Source of the DNA: Eledone cirrhosa
Taxonomy: Eukaryota
Direction: 5' to 3'
DNA length: 64,000 nt
Assembly: GCA_964016885.1 (NCBI GenBank)
Contig: OZ024742.1
Location: 99,200,001-99,264,000 of the forward strand
Positions 28,320 to 42,452 of this stretch are shown here, in pieces. The position numbers were made by a program, and so were the translations under genes. Position 1 is the stretch's first letter. The number at the start of each line of letters is the position of its first letter. A model generated the notes under the pieces. It was not told the origin of the DNA and made no database searches. It saw nothing but the letters and a program-made list of their open reading frames with translations.

Positions 28320-28965
28320 ATATATTTATATATATATATACATCTGTTGGTACAGAATACTGTAATATATGTTTCTCTACTTATATATGACTATATACAT
28401 ATATATTTTTTTAATTTGTATTAGGGTTGCTCTGGTCAAAGATCCATTGAGCTTTTTCACTGGGAAACATATTCATCATATATATATATATATATAGTAT
28501 ATGTTATAACACGTTAAATTAATATATATATGCTTCGGACTCTTAATTTGTTGATCTGATTGTACAATGACTGGTATATCACATCTATTTCTAGTGGATG
28601 CCATGTCCATGCGTATTTATATCTGCTATCACTGTTAAATAGAAATTCAGCTCATGTGGTCTGGATCGAGTATTTTTCTGAACATAACGGATATAAAGGT
28701 ATTTTGTATTTTATTGGATCTAATAATTAGGTGATTTCCTTCGACGATTAGTTCCATGTTTCCCTGAGCTGTACAATAATCGATATTTAGTCATCGATAA
28801 TTGATTCTTTAGATCGATTTTCAATCAGGTTCTAGGAGTTAAGAAATGTCGCCTGAGGGAACTTTAATTTTTCTACCTTAAAATATATGACATTTCCAAC
28901 ATATGTTTTTTACATATAATGTACAGAATACTTTGTTTCTGTCACGATGTATGATTATATACATA

Positions 28966-29964
28966 CTAGCATTAAAGCCCGGCGTTGCTCGGGGTCATTA
29001 AGTTACCAAAGTTAGGTTGCACCACCCATTTTATGACAGCACTTTTTTGTCTGCCAGGCACTGGGTGAATGAATTGCAGACCTGGAAGCAGGAGCTGCGC
29101 CAGCAGTGACAATTGTAGTTTCGCCTATGGATATTATCTCTGTGCAAAAAAGTGTTGAATTTATTGTTTCACAGTACTTGCGCAACACGCGCGTAGACGA
29201 TGCCAGCCGAACAACAGAGATGCGATGGAGTTGTTCTGCATGGTTGTCTGTGTGTTTTCTAAATTTAAGACAGTAGGGAGGGTTGTGATATGAGGGAGAG
29301 TTAGCTGCTCTTTCTTGCAGGTTTAGTGACCTCATAGAGGATATGTGTTTTCTAAATTTAAGACAGTAGAGAGGAGTGTGATATGGGGGAGAGTTAGCTG
29401 CTGTTTCTAGCAGGTTTAGTGACCTCATAGAGGATATTATTGTTTATCATTATCTATAAAAGGCAGATTGTTGTTGTTGTTGAAGTGTCTGTATGCGTTT
29501 GGAAAAGAGGTTTTAAAAAAGATTTATCGCTTCTTGTTGAATAAATGTATCTGTTGCTTTTGAATAATTGTCGTTTCGTATGAAATGTAATAATTTGAAG
29601 TATAAAAGAGAAAGTAGTAAAATGTGTGGGTTGTAGATAGAGGTTAGCAGATGATATGAGAGAGTAAAACGGAGAGTATCACCATCAAGCTTGGAAAGAG
29701 AAAGTAGCAGAAAGTATGAAGTTGTATAGATTTTGAATGGTAGTGGAAAGAGTTTAGCAGTTTAAGTGACAGAGAAAAATCGTAAAATATTGAGTTTTAT
29801 CTATTTTTTGCGTAATTGTGGGTGAAATTGAAAAAATGAGATGTGCCAAGACGCAATCGAAACTATTTCGAGTACTGAATTGTAAATTTCAATTGAAGAA
29901 ATTCTATATCGTAGATTTCTATAAGAAAGGAGCATGACCACACACTGAGCTTTATAGATTATGA
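28966..29964 (-). mobile_element. Non-autonomous Helitron
   Basis: Minus strand begins A|TCATAATCTATAAAGCT and ends in hairpin CCCGAGCAACGCCGGG, 8 nt, then CTAG|T; AT target with no TSD. Confidence 0.82.
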
Positions 29965-30084
29965 TATATTTTAAAATTGGAATTATTTATATGTATATAT
30001 ATATATATAGAGAGAGAGAGATTCATGGCGAGACAAAACATATCGTATATGCTTTTGGTGACTACGCTATAATATTGGTTTCTT

Positions 30085-30252
30085 AAGCCAGCAATTTTGG
30101 AGGAGGGGAAAGTCGATTAAATCGACACCTGTCCCTGACTGGTACTTTATTTTATCTATCCCGTAAGGATGAAAGGCAAAATTAACCTTGATGGGATTTG
30201 AACTCAAAGCATGGCGTCCGAGCCTCTACCGATACTGCCAATCCACCGCCCT
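30085..30252 (-). mobile_element. tRNA-SINE copy (internally deleted)
   Basis: ggtactttattttatc..cgtaaggatgaaaggcaaa..gggatttgaactc..ctctaccgatactgccaatccaccgccc; direct repeat actacgctataatattg at 30061 and 30255 looks like a TSD. Confidence 0.85.
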
Positions 30253-31059
30253 CACTACGCTATAATATTGCCACATCTAATTACCTCCTTTTAACCAGGC
30301 GTGTTTACAGAATATGGATATAAAAATCGCTAAACGAATCATATAGGCTTTAGGCCATTTTATCTCAGTAGTAAGTAAGTAAATGTCACCGATATCTGTA
30401 ACATGATCGCAACTTTTAAAATAATTCATAGTGAGACGCCATTTCATCAATAACAACAGCAGCACCACCAACAACAGCATCATCCGTACAGAGAAGAACA
30501 ATAAGAACAACATCTCTAAATACAGAAAATATTCTTAACCACCGTGTAAAAACTGCGTTCCACTTCTTATTTGTCTTAACGAATGAAAACCTTTTTTTGG
30601 GGGTCTTTTTTTTTTTTCTTTTTCATTTTTTCGAATAAAGATATCTCACTATGTCTCTTTTCGGTTTCTTCGTGAGAAGAACTCCTAACAAAGGAAAGAT
30701 AATTAAGACAATGCTTCCAAATTGCATGGCAGAAAAGTACATTGATTGTTTGCTCGTTAATAGTAAATTTGTCAAATGTAAGTCAACCTAAATTATGCAG
30801 TTGTTAAGTAGGACGAAATTAGGAGTGAACGAAGTATTGGTGGAGATGGAGGTGTTTGCAGGCAGAACAAATACATTTTTCTGTTAGTTAGTAAGTCATG
30901 TATTCTTTAGGTATATTATATTATGTATGTAAGGAGGCGTAGCGCCTGATTGAATCGTTAGGGGACCGTTGTCACATACAGCGTGTCTTGGGCTATTTAA
31001 AACTAGCGGAGCCCAGCCCCTCCCAGAATCTGAACACAACCGATTTCGTCTAGATTAGG

Positions 31060-31117
<58 letters not shown>

Positions 31118-31664
31118 AGTATAAGTTATAGAGGATGAGTCGATGCCAGTACTAGGCCAGTCATTTTTTTTATCTTCCTGGAAAGGATGAAAGATAAAGA
31201 TGACCGTAACTAGTTTTGAACTCAGTGCACGTGGAACCGGATTGGATAATGCAAGTCATTCCAACTTTGGAACGACTTTTCCATTCAACACCTCATATTC
31301 ATTGTGCATTCGACCGAGCTTATTATACACAATTTGAATTAATGACAACCACAAAGAAAAGCTATTATTGACCGATCAATCTGCTGGAAATAGTAGTCAA
31401 AGTTTCCCAAACATGCGTTCTAATACGATAGGAAAGGGAAAGACAAAGTCTAAAATATAATTACTATAGAGAGGTAACATAACAATAGGGAATAGATAGA
31501 GCTGTGATATACTTGATTATAGATTAGATCTATCATGACTTTTTCAATCATGTACTGGAATCAAAACAACAACCACTATCATATCATTCATTGTAGCCAT
31601 CAAAACTACCTTCACAGATCCTTCTAGAGCCATAGTGCTTTATCCAAAACAGGAAATGTAAGAA

Positions 31665-31751
<87 letters not shown>

Positions 31752-31755
<4 letters not shown>

Positions 31756-31886
31756 ATAATAATAAATTTGAAGTCTAAAATCCAAATAGGGCTCGATAAG
31801 GATAAATATATATCAAGTTTCAGGAGATCCCGTTAAGGGTGAAAGCAGCGATTCTTTGCTTAAACTTTAATCTGTTATTTTAATTA
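31752..31886. mobile_element. Minimal member of the 352-nt hammerhead family: inverted tail joined to sense hammerhead
   Basis: 31752-31815 is the inverted tail; 31816-31866 reads agttt-CAGGAGA-tccc.gttaa.gggt-GAAA-gca...tgCTT-aaact; (TA)n on both sides. Confidence 0.82.
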
Positions 31887-31922
<36 letters not shown>

Positions 31923-33912
31923 GAATAGAATAGCTTTCACCGTATTTTTGACTAAATAAATTTTAGCCTGGTAATGGGGTTTAGAACCCTCAGATAAATG
32001 GAAAAAGATGAGTATTGACGTATATATGGTATATATATATACTTGTTTTTCCTTTTCCGTACAACTCCATTTAGACAGAGTTGATGATCCGAATAAGGTG
32101 AGACAATTGTTCTCGGTAATGGGGAACTAACTGTTGTGGAACTACTTATATATAGATATGTGTGTGTGTGTGTTTCTATAGCTAGGTGAAGAGCCCTGTT
32201 ATTTTGGAGTTTCACCTATTCACGCCCAGGATTATCAGACAAGACTAAATTTTCAATAACTCCGACAGTATAAATAAAGGAAGATTCCGTGTGTGGGGTG
32301 GATATTTGTTTTTGAATTGGTGTTTCAGGTGGGAAGAAAAGGTGTTATCAAAAATAATACGGTGTCGAAGTGGTTTGTTCTTTGATGATGAGTACGATGT
32401 TGGTGATAGAAATTAGTAAACGGAGGGAGGTTTCGGGAGATGATAATGGTGAATAGGTAAATGACAGGAATGTTAAATAACTTGAGTAGGTAGGTGGATT
32501 TATCAATTGGTGGTGATGAATAGAATATTTACTGAAAAATACAATTACTTGAGTATAAATTAACAATAGACCTTTATGATGAAAATAATTTTGATGGTTA
32601 TTTAATAGATAATTGATTTACATTTGTAAACAGTGTGTGATGATGTGGAGGAAGTAGGAGTAAATATAAATAAGCGAAAGGGAAAGTATGGAAAGAAAAA
32701 GAAAGAAAGGAAATGGAAATAATAAGAATTAAAATAAAGTAAAGAGCAAAAGAAATAGTAGAAATGAATATAGTATATTCGGTGGTGACACTGATAAGGT
32801 TTGAGGTTATGATCAATAGAAAATAAACTAAGTGGGTAGATAAGTATATATCAATTATAGGCTTTCGCGTTGTCACAACACTAAATCTAATGGTAAGAAT
32901 GTGATGCCATAATCTTTCAATTGCCAGATATATTTAGACAAAGATGTTAAAATTTGTAATCGCCTATTTTTTGAACGTATGTAGGTGTGGAGTGGAGCGG
33001 GATTTGAAGGCGATTTCAGTCAGTCCACTATATATGTTACCGTGTAATTTGTTTTTGTATTATAGCTCACTGAACAGGCATTTTTGTTATAGTGGGCATC
33101 GTTTTCAATCTCTACAGCTACATCCATGACATTCGCGAAACGTGCTATCATTATTTAATAGTTTGGTTTTTAGGTAGAAATAAAGTTCTATGGTCTATAA
33201 ATTCTGTCAATTAGCTCACATTAATATTTAACTAGCTGCACTTTTCGAAACTATGGAACTAATCTAATTGCTAAATGAAGTAGTTTTATTTTTTGAAAAC
33301 GATTCAGTTTAGCAGCAAATTCCCTTAAATACTTGCCTTAGATAATCGGTATTTGAACTCCTGTGTTCTAAGGACTCTTCCAATTCATCACATTTAATAT
33401 TTAATATTTCACTTCAATGTCGGGATAAACAGAGAAGTGTTTGAGCGATTTCTTTTTAATAAACTGCCATTAATCTGTGTTTTTCTGTCTTTGAGAAAGG
33501 AGACACACAAAGAATATTTCAACATACAATGAACACATTGAAGACAAAGCCCACTAAAGTATCCAATGAACACAATGGATTTTACAATGACCATAGCATG
33601 ATCATAAGATTTCTATGTGGTTTTGATTAAATATTGTGTAAGAGGAAACAGCTACTGACATGATATAGCTGCCAGATAAATATGGTACGAAAGATATTTC
33701 AGGGAGTTAGAATGCAGATGAATAGGAAATATATATTGGTGACTGAATGTCGTGAATAACTCTTGCTTTATGTTAGATTTTGCCCAGTGGGGATCTAGTC
33801 CTCAGCCAGAAGCTTATTGTATGATTCATTGTTTAGCGACCGTTATAATACACGAGTTTCTCATTGCTCAAACACATATATAAATCTGCATGAAAATCAC
33901 ATGGATAAACAC

Positions 33913-34101
<189 letters not shown>

Positions 34102-34232
34102 TGTGTTTGTCTGTGTGTGCGTGTTTGTATGTTGAGTCAACTACCACCGTGCGCTGAAACATTCCTCAATAGAGAATACTCTAAACCTTGACTAGGGAAA
34201 CCCAAAACGATATCTTGTGTAAATATATATAT

Positions 34233-34446
34233 AATATTAATAAATGGAAACTATCTTTATAAAACCATATTTATGTTATTATATATATTTCAAGGGTACC
34301 AACATTTTTTGGTACGCTCTCATCAGATACAATACAAAAGTTGTTTTATAGATAGTGACATGTTCAAAGACAAGAACTTATCGTTTGAAGTTCTTATGAT
34401 AAAATAAATATGGTTTTATAAAGATAGTTTCTATTTATTAATATTA
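34233..34446 (-). mobile_element. Short foldback element with hammerhead at 34274-34331
   Basis: Arms are 34233-34275 and 34404-34446. Minus strand reads tgtat-CTGATGA-gagcgtaccaa.aaaatg.ttggtaccctt-GAAA-tatatATA-ataaca. Confidence 0.78.
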
Positions 34447-34536
34447 TTGATATTATACTCCAGAAGAAATCTGTAGAGTGCTTCGAATTTGTTCTAAATA
34501 AATTTGTTGAATAACCAAAAAATTAAATAGCTCTTT

Positions 34537-34597
<61 letters not shown>

Positions 34598-34598
<1 letters not shown>

Positions 34599-35110
34599 GT
34601 AATAATAATAAAATTGAAGACTAAAATCCAAAGAGGGCTCGATAAGGAAAATATATATCCAATATATAAGAACCAAAGAGCAAATATTTATTAAAATAAC
34701 AGATTAAAGTTTAAGCAAAGAATCGCTGCTTTCGCCCTTAACGGGATCTTCTGAATCTAACAAAGTCAATCTGTAAACGCAGAACTGGATATTCCATAAA
34801 ACGTTGCAACCGGAGGAAGACAGGAAGACGATACTTTGGTTAGGTAGGTTTTCCTGCTTGGTACGGGTATGTTCTTTGTAGAAATATTCAGATGTTGTTT
34901 CTGCATGATGAATATAAGTCAGTAGAGTGCTCAACCGAAGGAGCCAAATAGTAATAATAATAAAATTGAAGACTAAAATCATCCGGTTGCAACGTTTTTT
35001 GAAATATCAGTTCTGCGTTTACAGATTGACTTTGTTAGTTTCAGAAGATCCCGTTAAGGGTGAAAGCAGCGATTCTTTGCTTAAACTTTAATCTGTTATT
35101 TTAATAAATA
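34598..35110. mobile_element. Retrozyme-like non-coding element: 352-bp terminally redundant unit plus inverted arm, two hammerheads with CAGAAGA core
   Basis: Direct repeat agtaataataataaaattgaagactaaaatc at 34598 and 34950; inverted arms 34685-34814 / 34982-35110; hammerheads at 34708-34758 (-) and 35037-35087 (+). Confidence 0.82.
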
Positions 35111-35183
<73 letters not shown>

Positions 35184-35211
35184 TATATGTATATACACAC
35201 ACACACACACA

Positions 35212-35259
<48 letters not shown>

Positions 35260-35283
35260 ACGTTATATATATATATATATATA

Positions 35284-35320
<37 letters not shown>

Positions 35321-35341
35321 ATATATATATATATATATATG

Positions 35342-35431
<90 letters not shown>

Positions 35432-35434
<3 letters not shown>

Positions 35435-35588
35435 TTCGTTTCTGAATTTGTTTAGCAAGATTCTTTATCTGAAATCGTGTGTTGAAACCGATATTGTTAT
35501 ACTTTGGGAGGGTCATGTTGCCAATAAGAAGACTGGTGCGTGTGTTTCTTATTGGCAACATGACCCTTCTCCCAAAGTATAACAATAT
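35432..35588. mobile_element. Minimal foldback copy of the 58733-59422 family (tail only)
   Basis: 35432-35530 is the reverse complement of 59325-59422, joined to sense 59311-59364; (TA)n on both sides. Confidence 0.88.
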
Positions 35589-35606
35589 ATATATATATAT
35601 ATATTA

Positions 35607-35761
<155 letters not shown>

Positions 35762-36596
35762 ATATACATATATACACACATATATATGAGTATAATCTAT
35801 ATAAATATATATGAACCAATGAATCAATCATTTTACGAAGTTTTAAGCAACTTCGGATTTTGAAAAAAGCTATCTTATTTTATGCCGTTATAACACAGGT
35901 CTTGCCAATGAAAAATAGTCGCCTCTTGTATATCGAAAGTCTGCGTTACTACTATAGCAGGCAAACGGTGAATCTCAACGTATTTAACATGATAGAAATT
36001 GTGCTACTGCAATCTACTTCTTTGTGAATGTGACTGCGGGTCGCGAGGATTCTGCAGTCGTGTCAAAACATAACCCACCCGTTATTATTGGTTATCTACG
36101 CTATAAACGTATATATTACATATTGCAAAGTGGTTAGCGTTGGACAGGCATCCAGCTGTAGAAACCCTGCCAAACAAAGCGTTGAGAGAACTCTTCGGGA
36201 ATGTGAAAACTTGACAACTTTCCTTGTTCTGGTCCCACGATAAATTATACTCGATAGAGTGCAGTAAGAAAAGGATGTGAGACGCAGAGCGAGATAAGTA
36301 ACTGCACTTCAGTAATGATTTTCTCTGTGCTGACGCTTCCAAACCTTGCGAGCAGGAACAATAAAGGCTAAATGCTACTGATGATAATATTGTTGTTCTT
36401 CGTTTAGCCATCATGCTCAAATGAGATGAAATAGTAGCCGCCCTAATTGCTAAATAAATGGGTTCATTTCATTTCGAAATAGATATTCCACCATCCATCT
36501 ATCTTTTCTGGAGATGCACATCTGAACAGCATCCTAAATGAAATTTCTAAGGAAAGCTGCCAGCTATATACGTGGAAACGTTATCTACTGGATATA

Positions 36597-36761
<165 letters not shown>

Positions 36762-37490
36762 ATATGTATATATACATATATATATATATTATATCCAGTA
36801 GATAACCGTTGTCCTTCCTGTTCCGTATACCCATGTCCATTACGAGATGGGGATCCGCTAAGGTGAAACAATTGTTCTCGGAATGGTGAACTAATTGTTG
36901 TGTAACCACTTCTCTCTCTCTATATATATATAGATATTAACATATGAGGTTATAGTTTGCTAGTTCACTATTTTAATTAGTAAGATAAGTTAAATTCAAT
37001 GTCATCTTTTATCGTTCATTCTTCGTTTTTTTATATCTTAAAAAATGTAGTTGCATTATTACAATATCTCACTTTATACTCTATACATTGGTACTTTTTT
37101 CATATCTTGACGGTATAAATATAAAGACACTTGGTATAACGCTTGGTATACATAATTGAGAGCTTCAATGTATTTTAATATATATATCAATAACTCATAT
37201 AACCTTTATTTTGCATGTCCAGTAACTATTTTCACAGGCATACACTCGTGGTTTCTGTTTATGTCACATGTGTAATACTTGTTAATTTGCCTTTTCATGT
37301 AAATCAAATTATTGTTGTGTTGTATTTCCTGAAGAGAAACGGCTTGGAGTAAAGTACCTCTAGGGGAGTTACTTAACTGATAATTTTCCGTTTTTCTCTA
37401 ATTTTGATGCGTTAGTCTATGTTGATTGAAACGTTCATAGATATATAAACAAACAACAATAATATTAATCCTTGGTCCTACTGAATCTTG

Positions 37491-37566
<76 letters not shown>

Positions 37567-37682
37567 GTGTTAAACGGTATTCAATGATTATGTCAAAGAA
37601 TGAGTTTTACAGTAGATTGGAAGCACTCTACAAGATATAATTTTCCGGAGTTATTAATATTAAAATATAAATATTAATAAAA

Positions 37683-39835
37683 GAACAGACAAACTCTTTT
37701 ATTAGAAGATTGAGATGGAGAGCTTTTCATTTCGAAAATAAAGATGCTGAAAGAAAAACCAACTACAATCAGTTTGAATCTTTGTTTAAATCAAGAAAAA
37801 ATCCTCCATACAACAAACTCCTGGAGGTTTTTGAAACAGAAATGCTCGGCATAATAAAAGAAATTAAATTTAGGAAAAACCCATATATAGGTCACCAATA
37901 CCTCAGATCTCTAAAAGATAAAATCACTGAAATAAAAAATGTTAACAAAGTATTGGTTAAATCGGACAAAACTAATAATTTATATGGGATAAGCAAAGAT
38001 GAATATAATGACCTGATTTTGAAAGAACTTAGGAAAAATTACAAAAAAGCCCCGGCTGAGGATCTTAATGAAATTAATGAAGAAGCCTATAAATTAAATA
38101 CGAATTTAGGAATACAAGGAAGAACAGAGCCATTCTTACCTAGACAGCCGAGGATTAACTTGAAGGATCATAAAAGAAACTTTAAGGAAGAGATTCCAGT
38201 TAGACTGATTGCCCCAACGAAATCGGATATAGGAGTAATCAGTAAAAACATCATAGATAGAATATTACCCACTCTTAAATTGAGATCTAGTTTGAGCTTA
38301 TGGAAAGATACAAACGAGGCCATTGAATGGTACACGAATATTGAAGATAAGAAAAACTATAAATCCATCCAGATGGATATTACTAGCTACTATTCTTCTA
38401 TAACACCTAAACTTCTAAATACGGCCCTCTCATATGCTTATAAGCACACTGATCTAACCACAAATGAAATAGATATAATGTTAACAGCCAGAAGAACTCT
38501 CATTAACTTCAATAACGAATTTTGGACAAGCTCAGATAGAGATAGCAACTTTGATATCACTATGGGGGCATCTGATTCCGCGCAAATCACATATCTTCTG
38601 GGAATTTTCATATTAAACATGATAAATAGAAAACTCCCTGAGATTACCGGTGGTTTATATAGGGACGACATTTTATTTACGGTGGTCAAGCATAACAATA
38701 TAGAATTAAATAGAGTTAAGAAAAGTATAATAGAATTCTTTAAATAATACAACCTTAAATTAGAAGTAGAAAATCATACCAAAATAGTTAATTTCCTTGT
38801 CGTTACCTTTAACTTAAACACTGGCTTCTATTACCCTTTTCATAAGCCTAATGAAAACTTAAATTATGTTAGTAACTATTCAAATCACGCTAGATCTATA
38901 GAAAAAGCTATAGTAAATAGTGTGCAAAAACGTATTAATAAAATATCAGCTAATAAAGATATATTTGATATAAATGCTGAATACTACAACAACGCGTTAA
39001 AAAGAGCAGGATATAGGAATAATATAGAATATGTAGATAATAATAATCCAAGTATTATTCCTAATAATAATAATAAAAATAATAACATATATAAGAGAAA
39101 CTATAATAATTATAATTCAAACACACCTGCGCTAAATAAATTGAGAATACGAACTAGATCTAAACCAGTCATATGGTTTGCACCCCTGCTTCGGTCGCAG
39201 TTAAAACACCACTTGCAAAATTATTCTTTAAAGCTCTTGACACCTCTTTCCGTACTCAACATAAATACCATTCCATTTTTAATATACATACCATTAAATT
39301 CTCAAATTCTACAACCAGTAACATGCCCCAAAACATCGCCAAATTAAACGCCAAAATCCTAAAACCAAACCAGCATAATGATCATAATAATAGAGTTAAC
39401 ATAAAGTATACTAAACCAAAATGTAATTGTAGAAATAAAACTAATTGCCCTTTGCAAAATAATTGTTTAGATAGTAATTTGGTTTATAAATGCACCGTAA
39501 AAACTGATCACAAAACATACAACCACATTGGTTCGACCTCGTCTACATTCAAAGCTCCTTTTGCGAACCATAAATGCTCATTCTCGCACTCTAAGAGGAA
39601 ATCATCCACGTCTTTATCACAGCTCATATGGTCATTAAAAGAGAAGAATTTAAAATACTCCATTCTTTGGACAAATCTTCGGAACTGTGGAATTTATCGC
39701 AACTCTAGTATATCAAATAACTGCCCGGTCTGTACAATGGAGACCCTGTTGATTATTAATAACTATGAGACCCTAATTAACAAAAAAGTGAATTATTCTC
39801 TAGTTGCCTCAATAAAGCTACGTCCACTTTTTTAG
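37683..39835 (+). pseudogene. PLE RT + C-terminal GIY-YIG endonuclease, with stop and frameshift
   Basis: LKDHK, VRLIAP, MDITSYY, TMGASDSA, LYRDD, WFAP, CNCRxKxxCPLxxxCL, LVYKC..HIGST..FK..ANHKxSF, CPVCxxE; TAA at 38745. Confidence 0.92.
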
Positions 39836-41518
39836 CCTCACATAAAACGAGAAAATAAGAAGCAACAACACCAAACCAATAATAACTCGGTTACCAGGAA
39901 TATATAATCAACAGTGAAAAACATTAATGCCCTTTAATATTACTTTATTGTATAGCTATCTATAGAAGAAACAACTCTCGAATGAATGACACTTGTTCAA
40001 TAACATGCCTAAACATTGATACACACAACATTATTTTGTTAACTTTGATCAATACCATAATTTCTTTATTTCTTTATTTCTCTATCTATCTTCCTATCTA
40101 TGCTTATAATTTAGTATAATACCTAATCCTTACATATTTACGGAATTTATATATAACTGTGAATTTTTAATACATTTTTTATCTCTTTTAAATTTTAGTT
40201 TAATACCCAATCCATAAATGTTTATGAAACTTATCTATAACTGTGAATTTTTAATGAGTTTTTGATCTCTTAATTATAGTATAATATAATATAGTATATG
40301 CATATATTTCTTTTAAATATATTTACTGCACTATAAAATCTAAACTTTAAGACAGATTCAAACTTATATATAAATGTGACTTTTTGCTGCGCTTTTGATC
40401 TCTTATTTATAATATAATGTATTATAATATGTATGTAGTTATATATTATATTTTATATATTTTTAAATATTTTTAAATATTTTTAAATATACCTACCATA
40501 TTTCTATATATATGATTCAAATATAGAGAAAATATCCAAACTAAAAATTATTATAGACATTATTCTGAACTCTGAATTATCCATGCACTCATTATTGTTT
40601 TTCTTATATATATATGTATTTAAATGTAACACGGTGAACGCTACTTTATAAAATTATAACTGTTATCATTTACCTAAAGTATACTACACTCATAATACCT
40701 AATATATATCTATATATATGCCTCCCTATATCTAATAATATGTTGATATCTTGGTTGAAGAATAATTAGTACATTTAAACCCAGTGTACATTTATCCTTA
40801 ACATGCTTCAATCTATTATCTTATTTTATTTTTATCTTCGTCGTTATTATTTACCTTAAACATACTGGCTCATTAATATATACCTATATACATAATAGTT
40901 ATTTAAATATTTATAACAATAAGTACTTCAAAAGCTTTACATACCTAATATGTTGGTACCTTTGTTAAAGTTTAAATTTAGGTAAATAATCAACAGTATA
41001 ATATTTCATTCTTTATGTGCCAGCTAAATCCTTTAAATGTTACCCTCATAAAATTCAGAAGTTTAGAAATGATAACACACTTATCGAATTTATAAAAGTA
41101 ATATATAAATAACCAACAAATAATCCTGAAATCTGGAGTCTTTACCCTAATATTATAAATTAAATATTTTCAAATTTAACCGTTTAACTTTCTGAAAAAA
41201 TCTCCGTCTGCATATATCACCGCACCCCACCCACCCTTTATCTTTCCCTCTTTATAAATCCTTTTCCATTGCCTATCACTGGCTGTTAAGATTCATGAGA
41301 CGTTTTCCTAGATACATCGTAGTATCATACATTTTAAAACCTTTAGAACAGTTACAGTAAGCAACGTTTTTTCTTACTCACACATTCTCTAATGAATTTA
41401 TTACATTTTCGCATTTTCTCATAATTGGGCAATATAAGTAAAATTTTCTCGTGGGTTAATCACTACCTTGATTAAATCTTAACCATTTAACATCTCAGGG
41501 TATGTCATGTATCATTAT

Positions 41519-41571
41519 ATTTTGTCTGATGAGGACGTACTGTTGTACATCCGATATATGTATAATAAAAT
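41519..41571 (+). ncRNA. pLTR hammerhead, probably inactivated (GAAA to GATA)
   Basis: Identical to 1874-1926 except for the core A14 position. Confidence 0.85.
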
Positions 41572-41603
41572 GTAATTGATCAAAAGAACATCTATTTTAT
41601 TAA

Positions 41604-41648
<45 letters not shown>

Positions 41649-41755
41649 TTATATATTATATATATATTTATCATATATATATATTTATTTATATATTATA
41701 TATATATTTATCATATATATATATATATTTATATATTATGTATATATTTATATAT

Positions 41756-41819
<64 letters not shown>

Positions 41820-41931
41820 GATATATATTATATGTGTATATATATATATATTTATATACATCCAGGGGGTGTATATGAATATCAGACTTTCGCGTTCGCC
41901 ATGTATACTCACTTTATCATTACCACCAAAA

Positions 41932-42017
41932 GAGTCTGACGAGCCGTTGACTACAGAATCGTGCTAGATCCATACAGATCGAACCGTGAGCTGATCAGTG
42001 CTGAAATGCACGTCACC
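41932..42017 (+). ncRNA. Candidate hammerhead with long stem II in a ~210-bp island between (TA)n tracts
   Basis: gt-CTGACGA-gccgttga...tcagtgct-GAAA-tgcacGTC-ac; stem I is only 2 bp. Confidence 0.45.
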
Positions 42018-42067
42018 AACCAATTAACGTAATGAAGTAGGAACCACTCGCCCTTGTTTTATTTTAT

Positions 42068-42136
<69 letters not shown>

Positions 42137-42148
42137 ATATATATATAT

Positions 42149-42452
<304 letters not shown>

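Larger units (their letters stand above)
37561..41608 (+). mobile_element. Penelope-like retroelement (Nematis-like), 5'-inverted, with 3' pLTR
   Basis: 37561-37682 is the inverted pLTR extension (matches 1731-1850), followed by RT and GIY-YIG ORFs, ~1.4 kb AT-rich UTR and pLTR 41270-41608; (TA)n on both sides. Confidence 0.95.

Noticed and set aside
37325-37440. CTGAAGA-gaaacgg...ccgtttttc hairpin as a hammerhead
   Set aside because: The nearest GAAA is about 30 nt beyond the stem and there is no stem I partner.
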